Shown here: positions 13,461 through 25,802 of the stretch, piece by piece | Layout: each line of letters starts with the position of its first letter | How positions within the stretch are numbered: position 1 is the first letter of the stretch | Assembly: GCA_003971905.1 (NCBI GenBank) | Contig: RSEE01000103.1 | Coordinates: 62,001-126,000, forward strand | Direction: 5' to 3' | DNA from: Moniliella sp. 'wahieum' | Lineage: Eukaryota | Length of the DNA: 64,000 bases | The notes under the pieces: generated by a model | The model's input: only the letters and a program-made list of their open reading frames with translations | What the model was told of the DNA's origin: nothing | The model's database searches: none | Program-made: the position numbers and the translations under genes

Positions 13461-13541
13461 TGAGAATTGAGATCTCAGAATTGAGTCTGAGATCTGAGAT
13501 CAAGCTTCAAGCTTCAAGACTGGGATCTGAGATCTGAGAAT
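13461..13541. repeat. Mixed heptamer array (TGA-GATC / TCA-AGCT / TGA-GAAT)
   Basis: tgagaat tgagatc tcagaat tgagtc tgagatc tgagatc aagcttc aagcttc ... tgagatc tgagaat. Confidence 0.85.
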
Positions 13542-14138
13542 GCACTGCTCCACCAACGGCAGCGCGAGCTTGTGGCATGTGAGCCGCTGCGCTGCATTTG
13601 CGATTGGGAGCCAACAAAGACCATCGACAGCGACGGCCTGAGCCCTAGGCCTGATGACGCGGACGCCCCTGGACGCTCTGTCCTACATGTATCGTACGGG
13701 GCCTGCGGTGGCTGGGCGTGCCTGGGCGCCTGGGCGCGCATGCACATGCTCTTTAGATCGTAAGAGGTGGATGATCGATGAGGTGGATCGAAACCCCAGG
13801 TTCTCCGATGCTCACAGTAATTCAATGCTTGCGGTGCAGCCAAGAAGTAATGCGACCTGCGCCGCGTCAAGAACAAACGACCACGACAGGCACGAACGAG
13901 CGATGGAGGATCCCCTGGATCCCCCCCCCAAACCTCCCCCGTGTCACATGGGACTATGGACTCACACTCTACGCAAGCTATCCTTAAGGCACAATTGGAA
14001 GGCAGTAGGCGCAGGCAGGCTCCAATCCACACCCCACAACCCAGCACCCAACATCCAGATACGCCGACATCGATTCGACAGACTAGGAAAGAAAGCCGAA
14101 AGTCGCAAGCCGCAAGCCAAATGCCAACGCGGGTGCCG

Positions 14139-14164
14139 GTGACTAGTGACTAGTGACTAGTGAG
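14139..14164. repeat. Heptamer array (TGA-CTAG)x3
   Basis: gtgacta gtgacta gtgacta gtgag. Confidence 0.85.
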
Positions 14165-14287
14165 TGTGCTGTGGGGCACAGCTTGCGGAATCATATCATA
14201 TATCACTAGTCACTTGCGGGATCACTTGTGGGGTCACATTCACATGCATCACATGGGGGGTTGGGCCAGTGACGCTAGTGATAGGGA

Positions 14288-16320
14288 CTAGAGAACCGAC
14301 CAATTCCACTCGGTCCACGCGGGTTCCAGCTGAGCCACAGTGGGGAGGAGGCACTGTTGCCAATCGGGTTTGGGCGGTGCGCTCCAGGCCGGGAGGGACG
14401 AGGCGGCGGAGGTAGGGGAAGGTGGGTCGGTGGTGGCGGGACTGGTCCTGGCACTGGTGGGGGAGAGGGCCGGGGCGCGTGCGGGACCGGGGGCCGCAGG
14501 GCGGATCCGTCGCCAAATACGTCGTTGAACGGTACCGCGAACGAGAGCCGGAAGGAGAGGAAGAACGAGAACGAGAACGAGAACGAGAACGGGAACGGGG
14601 GAACGGGAACGAGAATGAGAATGAGAATGAGATCGGGAACGGGAGCGGGAACGGGAATGGGAAGCAAGTCCTGATCCTGGTCCTGGTCCTGTTGCTTGGG
14701 TGAGTCCTTGCAGTGGGCTGGGGTGAGCTGGGCTGTCGCGTACCACAGCGACGGGAGGCAAGTGCGGCCAGAGAAGAAAGTAGCGTCGGTCTTCGGGGTG
14801 GGGAGGGCGACCGAGCAAGTCACGTTCGGCCTGGCTTAGCGCACGACGACGCACGTACTCGGCCCCACGCGCCACACACTCCAGCCGCGCCACCAACGAT
14901 AACTCGTACTGGTCCGCGTGCACGCCCAACCATGGTGCAGCGTACGTTCGGTCGCGTTGGCGCTGGTCAGCGCGCAGTGGGACGCAGCACGTTTCACCTC
15001 CATCTCTACCTCCTCCTCCTCCTCCTCCCCCGCCACCGCCGCCTCTTCCACATTCACTTCCACTTCCATACCTTGCGATCCGGACGGCTCCACACTCGGG
15101 TGGCACCTTGTCTCGTGGGCAACAGGCGCAACGGGCGAAACGGGCAGGGGCGTGGGCGACAGCGACAAGCACACAGACGCAGGCTCAGTTGCAGTCGCGT
15201 CCCTAGAACAGGAAAGGTCAGGAGACGAACACCTTATCATTGTTGCGGGTGCCTTTGCTCCGCCCTCCGGCGCACGGGCACCATCACGATCATCATCACG
15301 ATGACCATCACGATTGCCATCACGACCACGATCACGATTACGATCCAAGCTGTACTGCCGTGCCCAGAGAGCGGTGATGGGCACACTGTTGGGGACGTTC
15401 GCGGGGTGGCTCGGGGGGAGGAGGAGGCGGGGGCGAGATGGGAGCTAAAGTGGTCCAGGTCCAGGGGAACTCGAACTGGGTTGGGTCACGGTCGGGCTGG
15501 ACAATCGGCTTGCAAGGCTCGCACGTAGCGGTAGTGGCAGCGCGCGGGTCGTCAGGCCTATACGGGTCGCGATGGCCACGACCACGATCCTGACCACGAG
15601 GTGCGCGGTCTGAGACGAAACGTGGCGCGAGGGGGCGGAGGGAAGGACGAGAGGAAGGAAGGGTGCTGACAGATTGGCTGTGCCCCAGCCCTGGTTTGAA
15701 CGCCGTCTGGGACGAGGAGGGGGAGGGACAAGAACCAGAACCAAAACCAAAACCAGAACCAGAACCAGAGACAGAGGGGCCACTTTGGACGCTGGTCGCG
15801 ACGGTGCTGGTGCTAGAGGTGGTACAATACGAAGCCATGCGCTCCGACATGCGCTCCGACTCGGCCGACGTGGATGCAAACGAACTTTGGCATGCGATGG
15901 AAGAGGTGGACGAGTCCCATAGGCGTAGGGCTAGCGGCGGGCGGATAGCGCGGGCGGAAGAATGCGAAGACACATCCAAGGCCAAGGGCGGGGGGGCGTA
16001 GCCCAAGGGAGCCTCAGAAGAAGAAGAAGGAGAAAGAGAAAGAGAAAGAGAAGGGAGCCAAACCCGCGGGCGGGGGCGGGGCGAGGGTGGGGTAGACTCG
16101 GTGCTTGCGCGGCGCTTCATTCCGGCTTGTTGACTGGCACAGGAGGGCGAGGGTGCGCTGCTGCCGGGACCGAGGGCGGAGGATGTAGCGGAGGGAGCAC
16201 AGAGGGGGGAGAGGGAGATATGAGCGAGGCGCTGGGCTACCGCGTCTGCGTTCGCGTGTGGGGTAGGTGTGGCCGGGTGAGGGGCAAAGGTTTGGCGGGG
16301 GGGACGGAAGAGGGGGGCAT
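14288..16320 (-). CDS. Hypothetical Ser/Pro-rich protein with a short ordered segment
   Basis: Chain of long overlapping minus-strand ORFs (MKRRASTES..., YELSLVARLECVARGAEYVRRRALSQAERDLLGRPPHPEDRRYFLLWPHL). No family recognised and boundaries uncertain. Confidence 0.35.
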
Positions 16321-17850
16321 GCGGAGGGGAGGGGAGAGGGCAAAGCAAAGCAAAGCAGTGTCCAGGCCAGGGCAACTAGAAGCGAGGACCACAGCGTCGC
16401 CCCGCACGCAAAAGGACAGGAGGAGGGGAAAAGGTGGAGGAGGGGACGATGGCGGTATGGGACCAGAGAGGAGAGGTGATATTAGTAGGCGAGGGACAGG
16501 TGGGTGCCGAGAGGACTGCCGGCATTGGCTCTCTCTTGGCAGACAGCCGCGCGGCCACCGTCGGAGGATCGATGATGGTTGGTCCCGGTTTCCACCATCG
16601 ATGAGATCGGGGAGATCTGAGTATCTGAATTTAAGGTGAAGATCTGAGATCTGACTAAACAGCTGAGGTCGGCCGCCGAACTGAGTACTGAGCGTCTGAG
16701 TCTAGCCACTAGTCCCTACGCAGTGTACTCGATCCTACACGCGTACTCAGTGTGAGTACTCGAGTACTCCGTGTCGTCAGCGTCCTCAATGTAGTCAGTG
16801 TACTCTGATTCAAAGTTACTCCGCACTACGTACTACCCCTTCTGTAGCGCTTTGGAGGCGGTGGCTGGCGTGGCCTGGATGGTATGGATGGCCGCCGACA
16901 GGGTGACATGTGGCGTGCGCCATGTGGCCTGCGGAAGCATCGATCATCGATCATCGACCATCCATCATCAATCCGACGCCGACAGCCCCCCTGGGATCGA
17001 TGATCGATGATCCGTCGCTGCCATCTCACATGTCACATCCCACACCCAGGAACGACGCCACCACCAGCCCCCGGTGCTCCAGTGCTGCCTGCCTGGCTGC
17101 CCCAGATCGCGCCCCCTCCGACGGTCGCATCGATGGACGAGCGTCGCTGCGGCCAATGCCCGATGCGCCGGAAGCGAGGGAGAGAGCAGTGCACGGCAGG
17201 GCACCCTCCGCTGCCCGTCAGACGCGGACACTGAGCGCGTACTGAGCTCAGGACCTCAGGACCTCGGTTCTCATTGCCACTGGTGAGCCGGTGAGGGCCG
17301 CCGCACTCTCGCTTCTCCACGTGGGTCGATCGGGAGGCGCAGCACAGCACAGCACACGCTCAGTACTCGCCGTACTTACCGGTCACTAGGTCCCTAGTCG
17401 GATTAGTCAGAGGCCAGATCTCAGATCTCAGATCTGAGACCTCATCATTCCTTCAGAATGGCCTCTTGTGTACATTTGTGTACGAGCCAAGCCACCCCTC
17501 TGCTCATCGCTATGTGCAACCCAGGCACCCAATAGCCCTTTCCGATCCACGCCTCCTCCCCGCACCCATTTGGGCAGGCGAGCAGTGTTTCTCCTTCGTG
17601 CTCTCGCCATCGACCATCGCGCCCCATCCTCCATCCTCCATCCTTCATGCTGAGTCGCCTGCCCGGTGCGCACTGGCACGTTCTCGCCAGAGCTTCCGCT
17701 TCCGCATGACATCCTCCCTTGTCCCGCTCCACCATCCAAAAGCTGTGTCGCTATTGTACAAAGTATTGTATACCTTCAAAGAACGACCGAGGAGAATTTA
17801 TACCTGTCTTTTTACTCATAATACGGCGTACTCATAATGCTGTGCGGGCT

Positions 17851-18013
17851 CTGAAGGCCAGAAACGTCGTCGACGTCACTCCTCTGAAGGTCAGATACGT
17901 TGTCGACGTCACTCCCTGAAGGACAAATTTGTTGCCAACGTCACTACCTGAAAAGGTCATCAGATACGTCGTCAACGTCACCCCCCTCGGACGGTCAGAT
18001 ACGTCGTCGACGT
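17851..18013. repeat. Minisatellite: 5 degenerate copies of a ~33-bp unit CTGAAGGTCAGATACGTCGTCGACGTCACTCC(T)
   Basis: Units start at ~17851, 17884, 17916, 17948 and 17988; there are no unique spacers. Confidence 0.85.
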
Positions 18014-19187
18014 GTCCATATGGGCGACATCCGACAAATCAGGTCCTCCTAGGCTCGCTCTCCCTAATGGGTTACTACAGCTACTAATACATACTGCTAC
18101 TCTTCTTCGAGCACCATCGAATGTTGTGCAAGCGTTTTTGAGGGTATACTGTTTTGCATTACGATGGGTCAATATGGATTTGTGGGCTCGCCATTGAGAG
18201 GTCTTGGGAATTTATAAGCGCGAAATCACTCAGTCCCAGAATCGTCTGTGTGGTCGTCGTCATCACCCTCTGCACCCTCTGCACCAAAGAGAGGTTGACT
18301 GCAGTGCCTTCATTGTCCTCTGGCGAACACATGCGACAGAATTCGATAATTCTTACCCAGAGTGGCAGGGGCGTGACATTGTGCGTCGCTTGCGCTATCT
18401 TGACTGTCATCTTCCGTATCATTTGCCTGCGCGTTTTCCTCATCAGCTGCCGCTGAACGGCCAAAAATCAGCTTTTGCATCGATCTGCAGGCGGTCATAG
18501 TGACCGGAAATGGCTGAAAACGCATTGGCATTGGAATGGGGCGAGATGGTGCGGATCGAGAGGGTATATACGATGATGGTTGGGCCGTCGGGGGTCGAAT
18601 AGAGCAAAAGCCAATGCGACAAGGAAGCCAAGTGCCAGATGCGCACTCAACAACCTCTCCGGACGAACAGCACACAACATCTTGGAGATGACAAAAAACT
18701 GGTATAGTGGCAAATAATAGCCAGGGCGGGTTGGGTTTGGGACCGCTGGTGTCATGATAATCAACCCCATCCCTCTAGAAATACGCATGTTTTCTCGGCG
18801 GTCAGGTAATGTAGTATTCTCTCAGCGCTGCGCTCTCAGAGTGTTCATTGCTTGGCCCGCTTCTAGCTACCAGGAAGCTTTTCTGTCGAGGACTTCCCGT
18901 AATACGGGCGGTCGTGAAAATGAATATGTTGCTTCGGCCAACCAAATCAGCCAAAAATGAATTACCCCTCCCAAAGGAGGTTTGGATACTTTGGCCACAT
19001 GAGGCTAAGGGTTATGGCCACATGCGGTCAAGGGCTTTGGCAACATGCATTCAAGCGCTTATCCCAAATGCGCAAACGCTTAACTGTTGATTGGATGCGT
19101 GCTTGTACGCTCTCTAACCGGCTGGCTGGTTGTGGGGCTCGCATTGGTGCAGAACTAGTAGAAATTTACAGGCAGGGCAGTTATTTT

Positions 19188-20540
19188 TGTAGGTATATAG
19201 AATGCATTCTAAGATCACTGGGAAGCGATTACACGGCAACCACGGTTAGATGCGACGTACGACGGAAGCCCCACAACGTAATAGTGCAGTGAGCTGCACA
19301 GCAAGTGGTAGGTTAGTGTTAGGGGAGCGCGCACTAGGGAGGAGCTGGCCAAGTCAGCAGCAGCACAGACAGTTAGCGAGAGACACAGAAGTTGTGCGAC
19401 GGACTCACGGGTCAGGCGGTCAAGTCAGCCAGTAGCAGGGACAACAAGCGGTATGAAGTCGGAATGTACACGGGTAGGGAGGACGAGGTCAGGAACAGCG
19501 TCGGCATATGACAGAAGGGAGGTAGACGGCGCGAAACAGGTCATATGAGTCGAGGCGAACAAAGCGAGACGACCCAACTGTGAGATTAGATTCCGTGCAT
19601 CCAACAGCTGAGCAGACAGTGTCAGTGGCAGGGCAACTCCAAGCTCGAAGGACGGAGGACGTACGATGGAGGCAGGCCAGCCAAGCGAGAGGACCAAGGC
19701 GAGGCAAACCATGCGAGCGACACAACCAAAGTGAGCAGACGGACAAGGGTGGGCCGAAGTCGAGAGAAACGGTGCATACATATCGCGCATGCGACCCACA
19801 AGGTCAGCAGAAGTGACGGGAATGCTGCGAAAGCGGGTACGTATACGATGGCGCTGCTGACAAGATGAAACGAGGACAAGATGGCCCGCGAAGGGGAGTC
19901 TATGTATGCAGGCAGCAGGCCAGGTAAGCAAGAGAGCGCTGGCGGGAAAGAGAACACGTACGACAGAAGCAATGCACGGAGAGTGAAAGGGAGAGGGGGT
20001 GATGGTGCAGGGGGGGTGCCCAACAGCGGTACAGACGAGGCGAGGAGGACGGAGTGTGACGGGAGAGGGAATGGATACGTACGGCAGCAATGCATACCAG
20101 GCTCCGAGCGATGGGGGCGGGACGAGGAAAGCGGGCACAGTAAGCAGTGCAGGCAGCAACGATGGTGATGTTGGTGGCCAAGGGAAGAAAAGGGTACTGT
20201 TGCGCTGTGGCACAGAGCACTCTGCAATCTGCTGGTGGCTGCAGAGAGGGGATACCAGTTGCTACGGGCGCAATGAGGGACGACGGTGAGGAGACATGAT
20301 GCAACCACAGAGCAGCAGGAGATTAAAGGGACTCTCTCAGTGGGAAGCTCCAGAGCACAGACCCGCTCGGCAGTACATTGACTAACCAAGCGAGAGCCCA
20401 AGAGACTCTCTCTCAGTGGGAAGCACCACAGCGCAGGCTAGCTCTGCTAAAAGCAGGCACCAGAGGGTTAGAGTCTCCTGCACTTCCTTATTGTCCCTAC
20501 CGTCTTTCGGCTTCTTTCGCTATCGTGCCTCCTACCTACA
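19188..20540. mobile_element. Probable solo LTR (or non-autonomous element) with TG...CA ends
   Basis: Begins TGTAGGTA and ends TACCTACA (perfect terminal inverted repeat). Strong purine skew and no credible ORF. Internal 17-bp direct repeat CTCTCTCAGTGGGAAGC at 20332 and 20408. No matching TSD (ATTTT vs AAACC). Confidence 0.55.
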
Positions 20541-21804
20541 AAACCTTCTAACCCCGCCTCTTTTCTCACCTCTCGGGTCCACTTTGCCCTTGACCCTGGC
20601 CTCGTCTCTCGCTTCGTCCCTCCGCGCATGGTCCCCTTTCTCGCCTTTGACCCGTTTCCCCTTTTACCCTGTAGCCCTCTTTTGGTCTCCCCTTGTTCCC
20701 CTTCTCTTCTATAAAACCTGCCTATTCTTAGATCCAATGAGATCATGGCCCAAGCCGCCAACCATTCTTTCCCCTTCACCCTTCTTCTAGGCACTCCACT
20801 TCTCGAAGAAGACCTTTCGATCAGCTCGCTCGCCCTCCCTACCACCACCAGTACGACTGCATCACCCTCGAAAGCCATCCGGACTACAGATCTGATCAGT
20901 ATATTCCTTCGTGGAGGGAAGATTGCTTATTCACGTGCAATGCCATCCACCATCCACGGTCTGCTCTTCTGTGTCGGGTGGTACCCTGGCCTGGGAATGG
21001 GAGGGCGTGGACAGGGCGGGGGAGTAGGTAAAAGCGCAGGGGCAGCGTGGACCAGGAGGATAGTGTGGGGTGTGTTGTAAACTGGGAGGGGCCACGCCAC
21101 GTGACCTGCGCGTGCGACAGCGAAGGCTGGCAGACCAAGTGTGGCCGGTGATTGGCTCGTGGATGATCGATGCTTAATTGATTGCTCGTTTCAAGTGCCA
21201 CGCTCAAGCTGAGCGGCAAGCAAGCTGCATGGGGGGCAGGGCACTAGGCCACCTGCGCTCACCCCAGCGCGGCACCACCCCAACGAGCGCTGGCACCAGG
21301 CGGGGGCCCCCCCCGACACTGGGCACTGCGTGGACGGCCGACGTGGCTGGCGCGTGCGCAGGGGCAGTGTGGTGTGTCGTCTGCTGCCCCCGTGCGGCTC
21401 GGCCGGCGGTGGCGGGCCGGCGCACGGGGGCAGAGAGATGATATGCCAGCGGGAGCGGAGCGGCGCGGTGCCCAACGCCAACGCGTCAACATCGGTGGCT
21501 GGCGCGCTGCTGGGCAGCCTGGTTGCTGCCTTGCTCCTGGCTGCTCCTCCTGCTCGGCTGGTCTAACCCCACGACCTCATCCCTTCCCCCACCCCCACCC
21601 CACCTCCACTTCCTCCTTTCCCGCCCAGCCTCCCCTCCCGATACCCCTCCCTGCTTGCCCCCCCTCTCCCTTCTGCTCCTCTGCGAGGACATTGTTTGCT
21701 GCATCGACTGCGTCGACCACCCCTTGAAGCCCGAGCCACCCTTCTCCCGCCCTTCTTCCGCCTGCCTGCCTGTCTACCTGTCTACCCTTGTCTCTCGCTC
21801 CGCC

Positions 21805-22720
21805 ATGCACCCTACTTTGACCGAACGCCCTACACCGGCGCTCTCTGACCGCGCCGCCCTCCTCTCCACCCTCCGCACCGGCGGTGTGGCCGCTGCCACC
21901 CCCCTCCGCTGCCCCCACCGGCGCCGCTGCCTCCCAGCTGCCTCCCCTCCATCTGGGTCAGGGCCCTGATGTATCTCTCCAGCACATCCAGCTGTCCCAG
22001 GCCCAGGCCCAGGCTCAGGCCCAGGCTCACGCACTCCATCTGCAGAACCCCGCATCGCTGCTGACCCAGCAACTTGCTGCTCAGCAGCAGCAGCAGCAAG
22101 CCGAGCTCGCCCGCCTCCTTGTGCTCCAGCAGCAACACCAGCTCCAGCAACTGCAGCAGCAGCAGCAGCTCTTGCTGCTCCAGGCGCTGCAGGCCCAGGC
22201 CGTGCAACAAGCCCAAACTGTCCAGCAGGCCCAAGCCGTGCATCAAGCACACCAGCAGCACCAGCACGGCCTTCATCCGTTCGGCTATGCGCCTGCGTCC
22301 GACGCACCGGGCCAGCGGCACTCGTGGGCGCCTGAACCGCGTCGGTCCAGCGCACGCTTCTCCACCAGTTCGACCGGCCGGCCCACGTCGACCTTGGCCT
22401 TGGCCCCTGCCGCGCCGCAGCGGCCCGTGTCAACGGCCAACTTGGCCTCGAGCTGGCGCTCGGGCCAACGCTCCCCCCGGCCGCGGCCCCGCCGAGCATT
22501 GTGATTGATGATATCTCCCAACTCTCCCTGGGAGGCGAGAAGTGCCCGCCGCAGCCACCGCGCGCGGCGGGTCAAGGACCGGGAAGGTGGGCCGATTCGT
22601 ATGCCCCGTGGCCCCCCCACCGATCCCGCCGAGCTGCAAGCTTCCAACTTTCTTGCCCGCGCCAATACCAAGGTCCGCCGGGACGCCATTCGTGTTTTGG
22701 CTTCGGGACGGCACTCTTAG
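21805..22720 (+). CDS. Conserved fungal uncharacterised Gln-rich protein
   Basis: N-terminal RAALLSTLRTGG, a polyQ core and C-terminal PIRMPRGPP..EL..SNFLAR..RRDAIRVL. These resemble the R[QM]PRGPP..NF..R.RR.A motif I recall from fungal hypothetical proteins. Frameshifted. Confidence 0.65.
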
Positions 22721-23943
22721 GTCCAAGCCCTAGACTGGGTGACTACCTACACCTACCTACCTTGGAGTTGCTCGTTCCCGCAATGGCTCCGCATTCGTTT
22801 TTTTTTTTTCTTTTCTTTCCTTGCTGTCTCTTTCTCTCTTTTTCTTTTTCTTTCTTTTTGTCTTTCCCTTTTTTGTCTTTCGTTTCGTTCTTTGTCTTTC
22901 TCAGACCCCTCCTGCTTCCCTTTCCACTCCTACTTTGTCATTCGCTTTCGGGGGGGAGGGGGAGGGGACGTATTTCCTTGTTCTTGTTCTTGGCCTTTTA
23001 TCTCTTGTGCATCCTGTTCCCGTTCCTGTTGTTGGGGCCCTGCTGCGCTGAGCCGGTCCTCGGACCACCCTTTCCCCCCTTTCTGGTCTTGTCCCGTTCC
23101 TTGGCTGCACCTGGACACTGCGCCCCAGCTCCCAGCCCCAGCTTCAAACCCTAGCAAACCCGCACGACAGCCTGGAATGCCCTTGGTTTCAATGGCCTGC
23201 CCTGGCGCCGCCCTGTCGTCATCCAATCCCCAATCCCCTATCTCCAAACTAACTCTCTCCAATCTCCAAAACCCAGTCCCCCATCTTCCCATCTACTAAA
23301 CAAACTGAAATGACCAACTGCATCCCGTTGTACCTATCTTTGTTTTGGTTGCGGTTGTCTAGTCCTATATCGTTTCGTCTCATCGATCTCATCCCAGATG
23401 TCAGATCTCATCTCAGATGTCAGATATCCTGTTGTGGCACCCCACTCGTTTCGTCTTCCCTTCCCCCTCTCCCTCCCTCCCCTTCTCTTCGCTTGCGTCT
23501 CGCGTCTTGCGTCTCCTGTAGCCACGCCGGTGTTCTACCGTCCTTAGCAAATGGCAAGCACGCAGGAAGGCAATGCTGTTGTGCTTTGCTTTAAAAGATA
23601 GTCCGGCGTTTGCGGGGGTTGGTCTGGCTGAGAGTGAGAACGAGGCAACTACCGAAGGCCTGTGCTTTCGATGGCGTTAATTAGGCCTTGGGCTTGGGGC
23701 GAAACGGCGGAGGACAAGGACCCAAACCAAAAAAATACCAAAATGCCATGCCCAGGCGGAACCCGGGGGGGCAGGCAAGGCGGAATTCCTTCGGCTGGAA
23801 CCAGGCAAGGGATCTGGCGAGGCGACTAAGATCTCAATTGAGGTCGGAGGGAAGTACTGGCCTGGACGCGACGGCTGGAGGGGAGAGACAAAGTTGCTTG
23901 CCACCAGCCAACTGACCATGGCGCGCCAACCTCGCATGTGTCG

Positions 23944-24817
23944 ATGGAGACAGTCGCTTCGGAGCGGCGGACCGCGCTTCTGGCCCTGCGCAAGCACAAA
24001 CTCGATGAGGAAGCGGGCAAGGTGCCGGTGGGTCAGAGCGAGGTGATTGATGCGCTGGTCCAGCGCTGTTTCCGCTCGTTTGATCCCAAGACGCGCCAGA
24101 TGCGTCGGACGGGCGTGGCAGAGGGCGTGGAGGATACAGCGGAGATGGGTACGTTGCGCTACGCTATGCTACGGTTTGGATTGGGTTGGTTTGGGGGTTG
24201 GGTTGGGTTTGCATGGTGGGATGCAGGCAACGGAAACTAACTTTGTTTGGTGGACACTTACTAGCTGTCGATGGCCTCCAAGCCAGTGTGCTGGCCTTGG
24301 ACGAGGTGAAGCGAGGTGAAGATATTGTATGTGTACCTTCTTGGTGATGTGTGCCGGCACGTACCAACCCATTTCCCAGTGTGGATCACTGACCCTATCT
24401 CCCCATCGCAGGACTTGCTCAACATTGCGCCCCAGCGACCCAACTGGACTTGAAACGCGACCTCAAGAAGCGTCTGGCCAAATTGGAGAGGAGAGACCAA
24501 GAGGCGATTAACACCTTGATTCGTACGTGTCTTCCATCCTTCTCCCCATCCCATCTCCCTAGTATCCTAGCCTTCTAGCCTTCTATCCCCATATCCCTTC
24601 GCCTGTTCCACAACGTGGGCTTGCTCCCGCTTCTCTCTTTCCACGACGACCGAACTAACTTAGGTACTGACAGGTCGGCGCATCGGAGGCCAAGGTGCCA
24701 CGGGCACAGTCGACACAGCTCTTGCCCATCTCGCCGCGCGACGAGCCAGCAGAAGAGAGGAGAGACTCGGACGAGGGCGAACAAGAGCAGCGAGAGGAGC
24801 AAACGGAATACTACTAA
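23944..24817 (+). CDS. CWF18: Pre-mRNA splicing factor Cwf18/CCDC12
   Basis: METVASERRTALLALRK..FRSFDPKT; DLLNIAPQRPN(W)DLKRDLKKRLAKLE..AINTLI. Multiple GT-AG introns with CTAAC/CTGAC branch sites. Ends EQTEYY*. Confidence 0.88.
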
Positions 24818-25361
24818 ATCGGCGGATGGGATGCGTTCCACTTCATTCCCTGATTGGCCTGATCCCATGCTTGCTGGACAGCCGCCCTGGTTCCAGGGGA
24901 GGTGGATGGCAAGGGAAAGCTGTGCTGCGGGGCCGTGGTTATGGCTGTGACTTTGGTGGTGGCAAATAGGTGGAAGTGAAGCATGAAGCCACGTGGGTTG
25001 GGACCTGGTATTTGCTGTCGCTCGCGAGGGCCAGTCCCTAGTCCAGCCCCGTTGGCCGGAAGATAGACAGAGCCTATGGCTCATTGGTAGCAAGTCAGTA
25101 CCTAGGAACTGGGAAAGCTCTCGTCCTGACGCGGAATGCGCGTCATCGCAATCGCAATCGTAATCCGATTGACTGGATCAGCTCAGCCAGTGTTTCAAAA
25201 CAACCCAGACGCAAAATTGTCTGTCAAAAATCCCCAGCGCCTTTCGGCTTGTGGTCGGTCTGGATTCGCGCCACCGCCCTCAGCACGTTTTGTTGTTGCC
25301 GCCCCACCTCCACCTCCAACTCCACATCCCCCGTCCCACCCCCTCTCGCGGCCCAGGTTCA

Positions 25362-25702
25362 ATGGGCGTGAAGCATGCTGTGTATCTGCACGCACAGCAC
25401 GTGTACGGGTGCCGGAATTGCCATGCGCACCTCACCACCCGCGCCGAGTGCATCTCTGCCAATTTACGGGCAAGCATGGTCCTGCGCTCTTGGTGGAGCA
25501 GGTGACCAACGTGACCCCTGGTAAGGCGGAGGAACGGACGATGCGAGAACGGCACTACACGGTACGAGACTTGACGTGCTCCCAGTGCGGATCCTACCTC
25601 GGCTGGCATTACGTCCATGCATACGAGAACGACTCGGCCTACAAACAAAACAAATCCATCTTGGAGACCGACTGCATCGTCTCCGTCGGGCGCGAGGGGT
25701 AA
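25362..25702 (+). CDS. Yippee/Mis18-family zinc-binding protein (YPEL/Moh1-like)
   Basis: MGVKHAVYL..VYGCRNCHAHL..FTGKHGPALL..TVRDLTCSQCGSYLGWHYVHAYENDSAYKQNKSILE; one frameshift near 25460. Confidence 0.9.
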
Positions 25703-25730
25703 GCCTAACCAGCTTCGCAGCTTCACGATG

Positions 25731-25802
25731 CAAGCTTCAAGCTAGCTTCATGGTTCAAGCTAGCTTCAAGCTTCAAGCTTCAAGCTTCAAGCTTCAAACT
25801 TC
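25731..25802. repeat. Heptamer array (TCA-AGCT)n just downstream of the Yippee stop
   Basis: caagcttcaagctagcttcatggttcaagctagcttcaagcttcaagcttcaagcttcaagcttcaaacttca. Confidence 0.9.

Noticed and set aside
17851..18013. CRISPR-like ~33-bp repeats
   Set aside because: The units are contiguous with no unique spacers, there are no cas genes, and the context is eukaryotic.
18975..19005. WPKYPNL on the minus strand as a hAT dimerisation motif
   Set aside because: The following S..ER.FS motif is absent.
22797..22900. Hydrophobic Phe/Leu-rich ORFs as membrane proteins
   Set aside because: They are translations of a T/C-rich tract in the 3' flank of the polyQ gene.
11768..24817. Splicing-factor cluster (CCDC130 and CWF18)
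   Set aside because: The genes are 11 kb apart with unrelated DNA between them, and two genes from a large functional class is compatible with chance.
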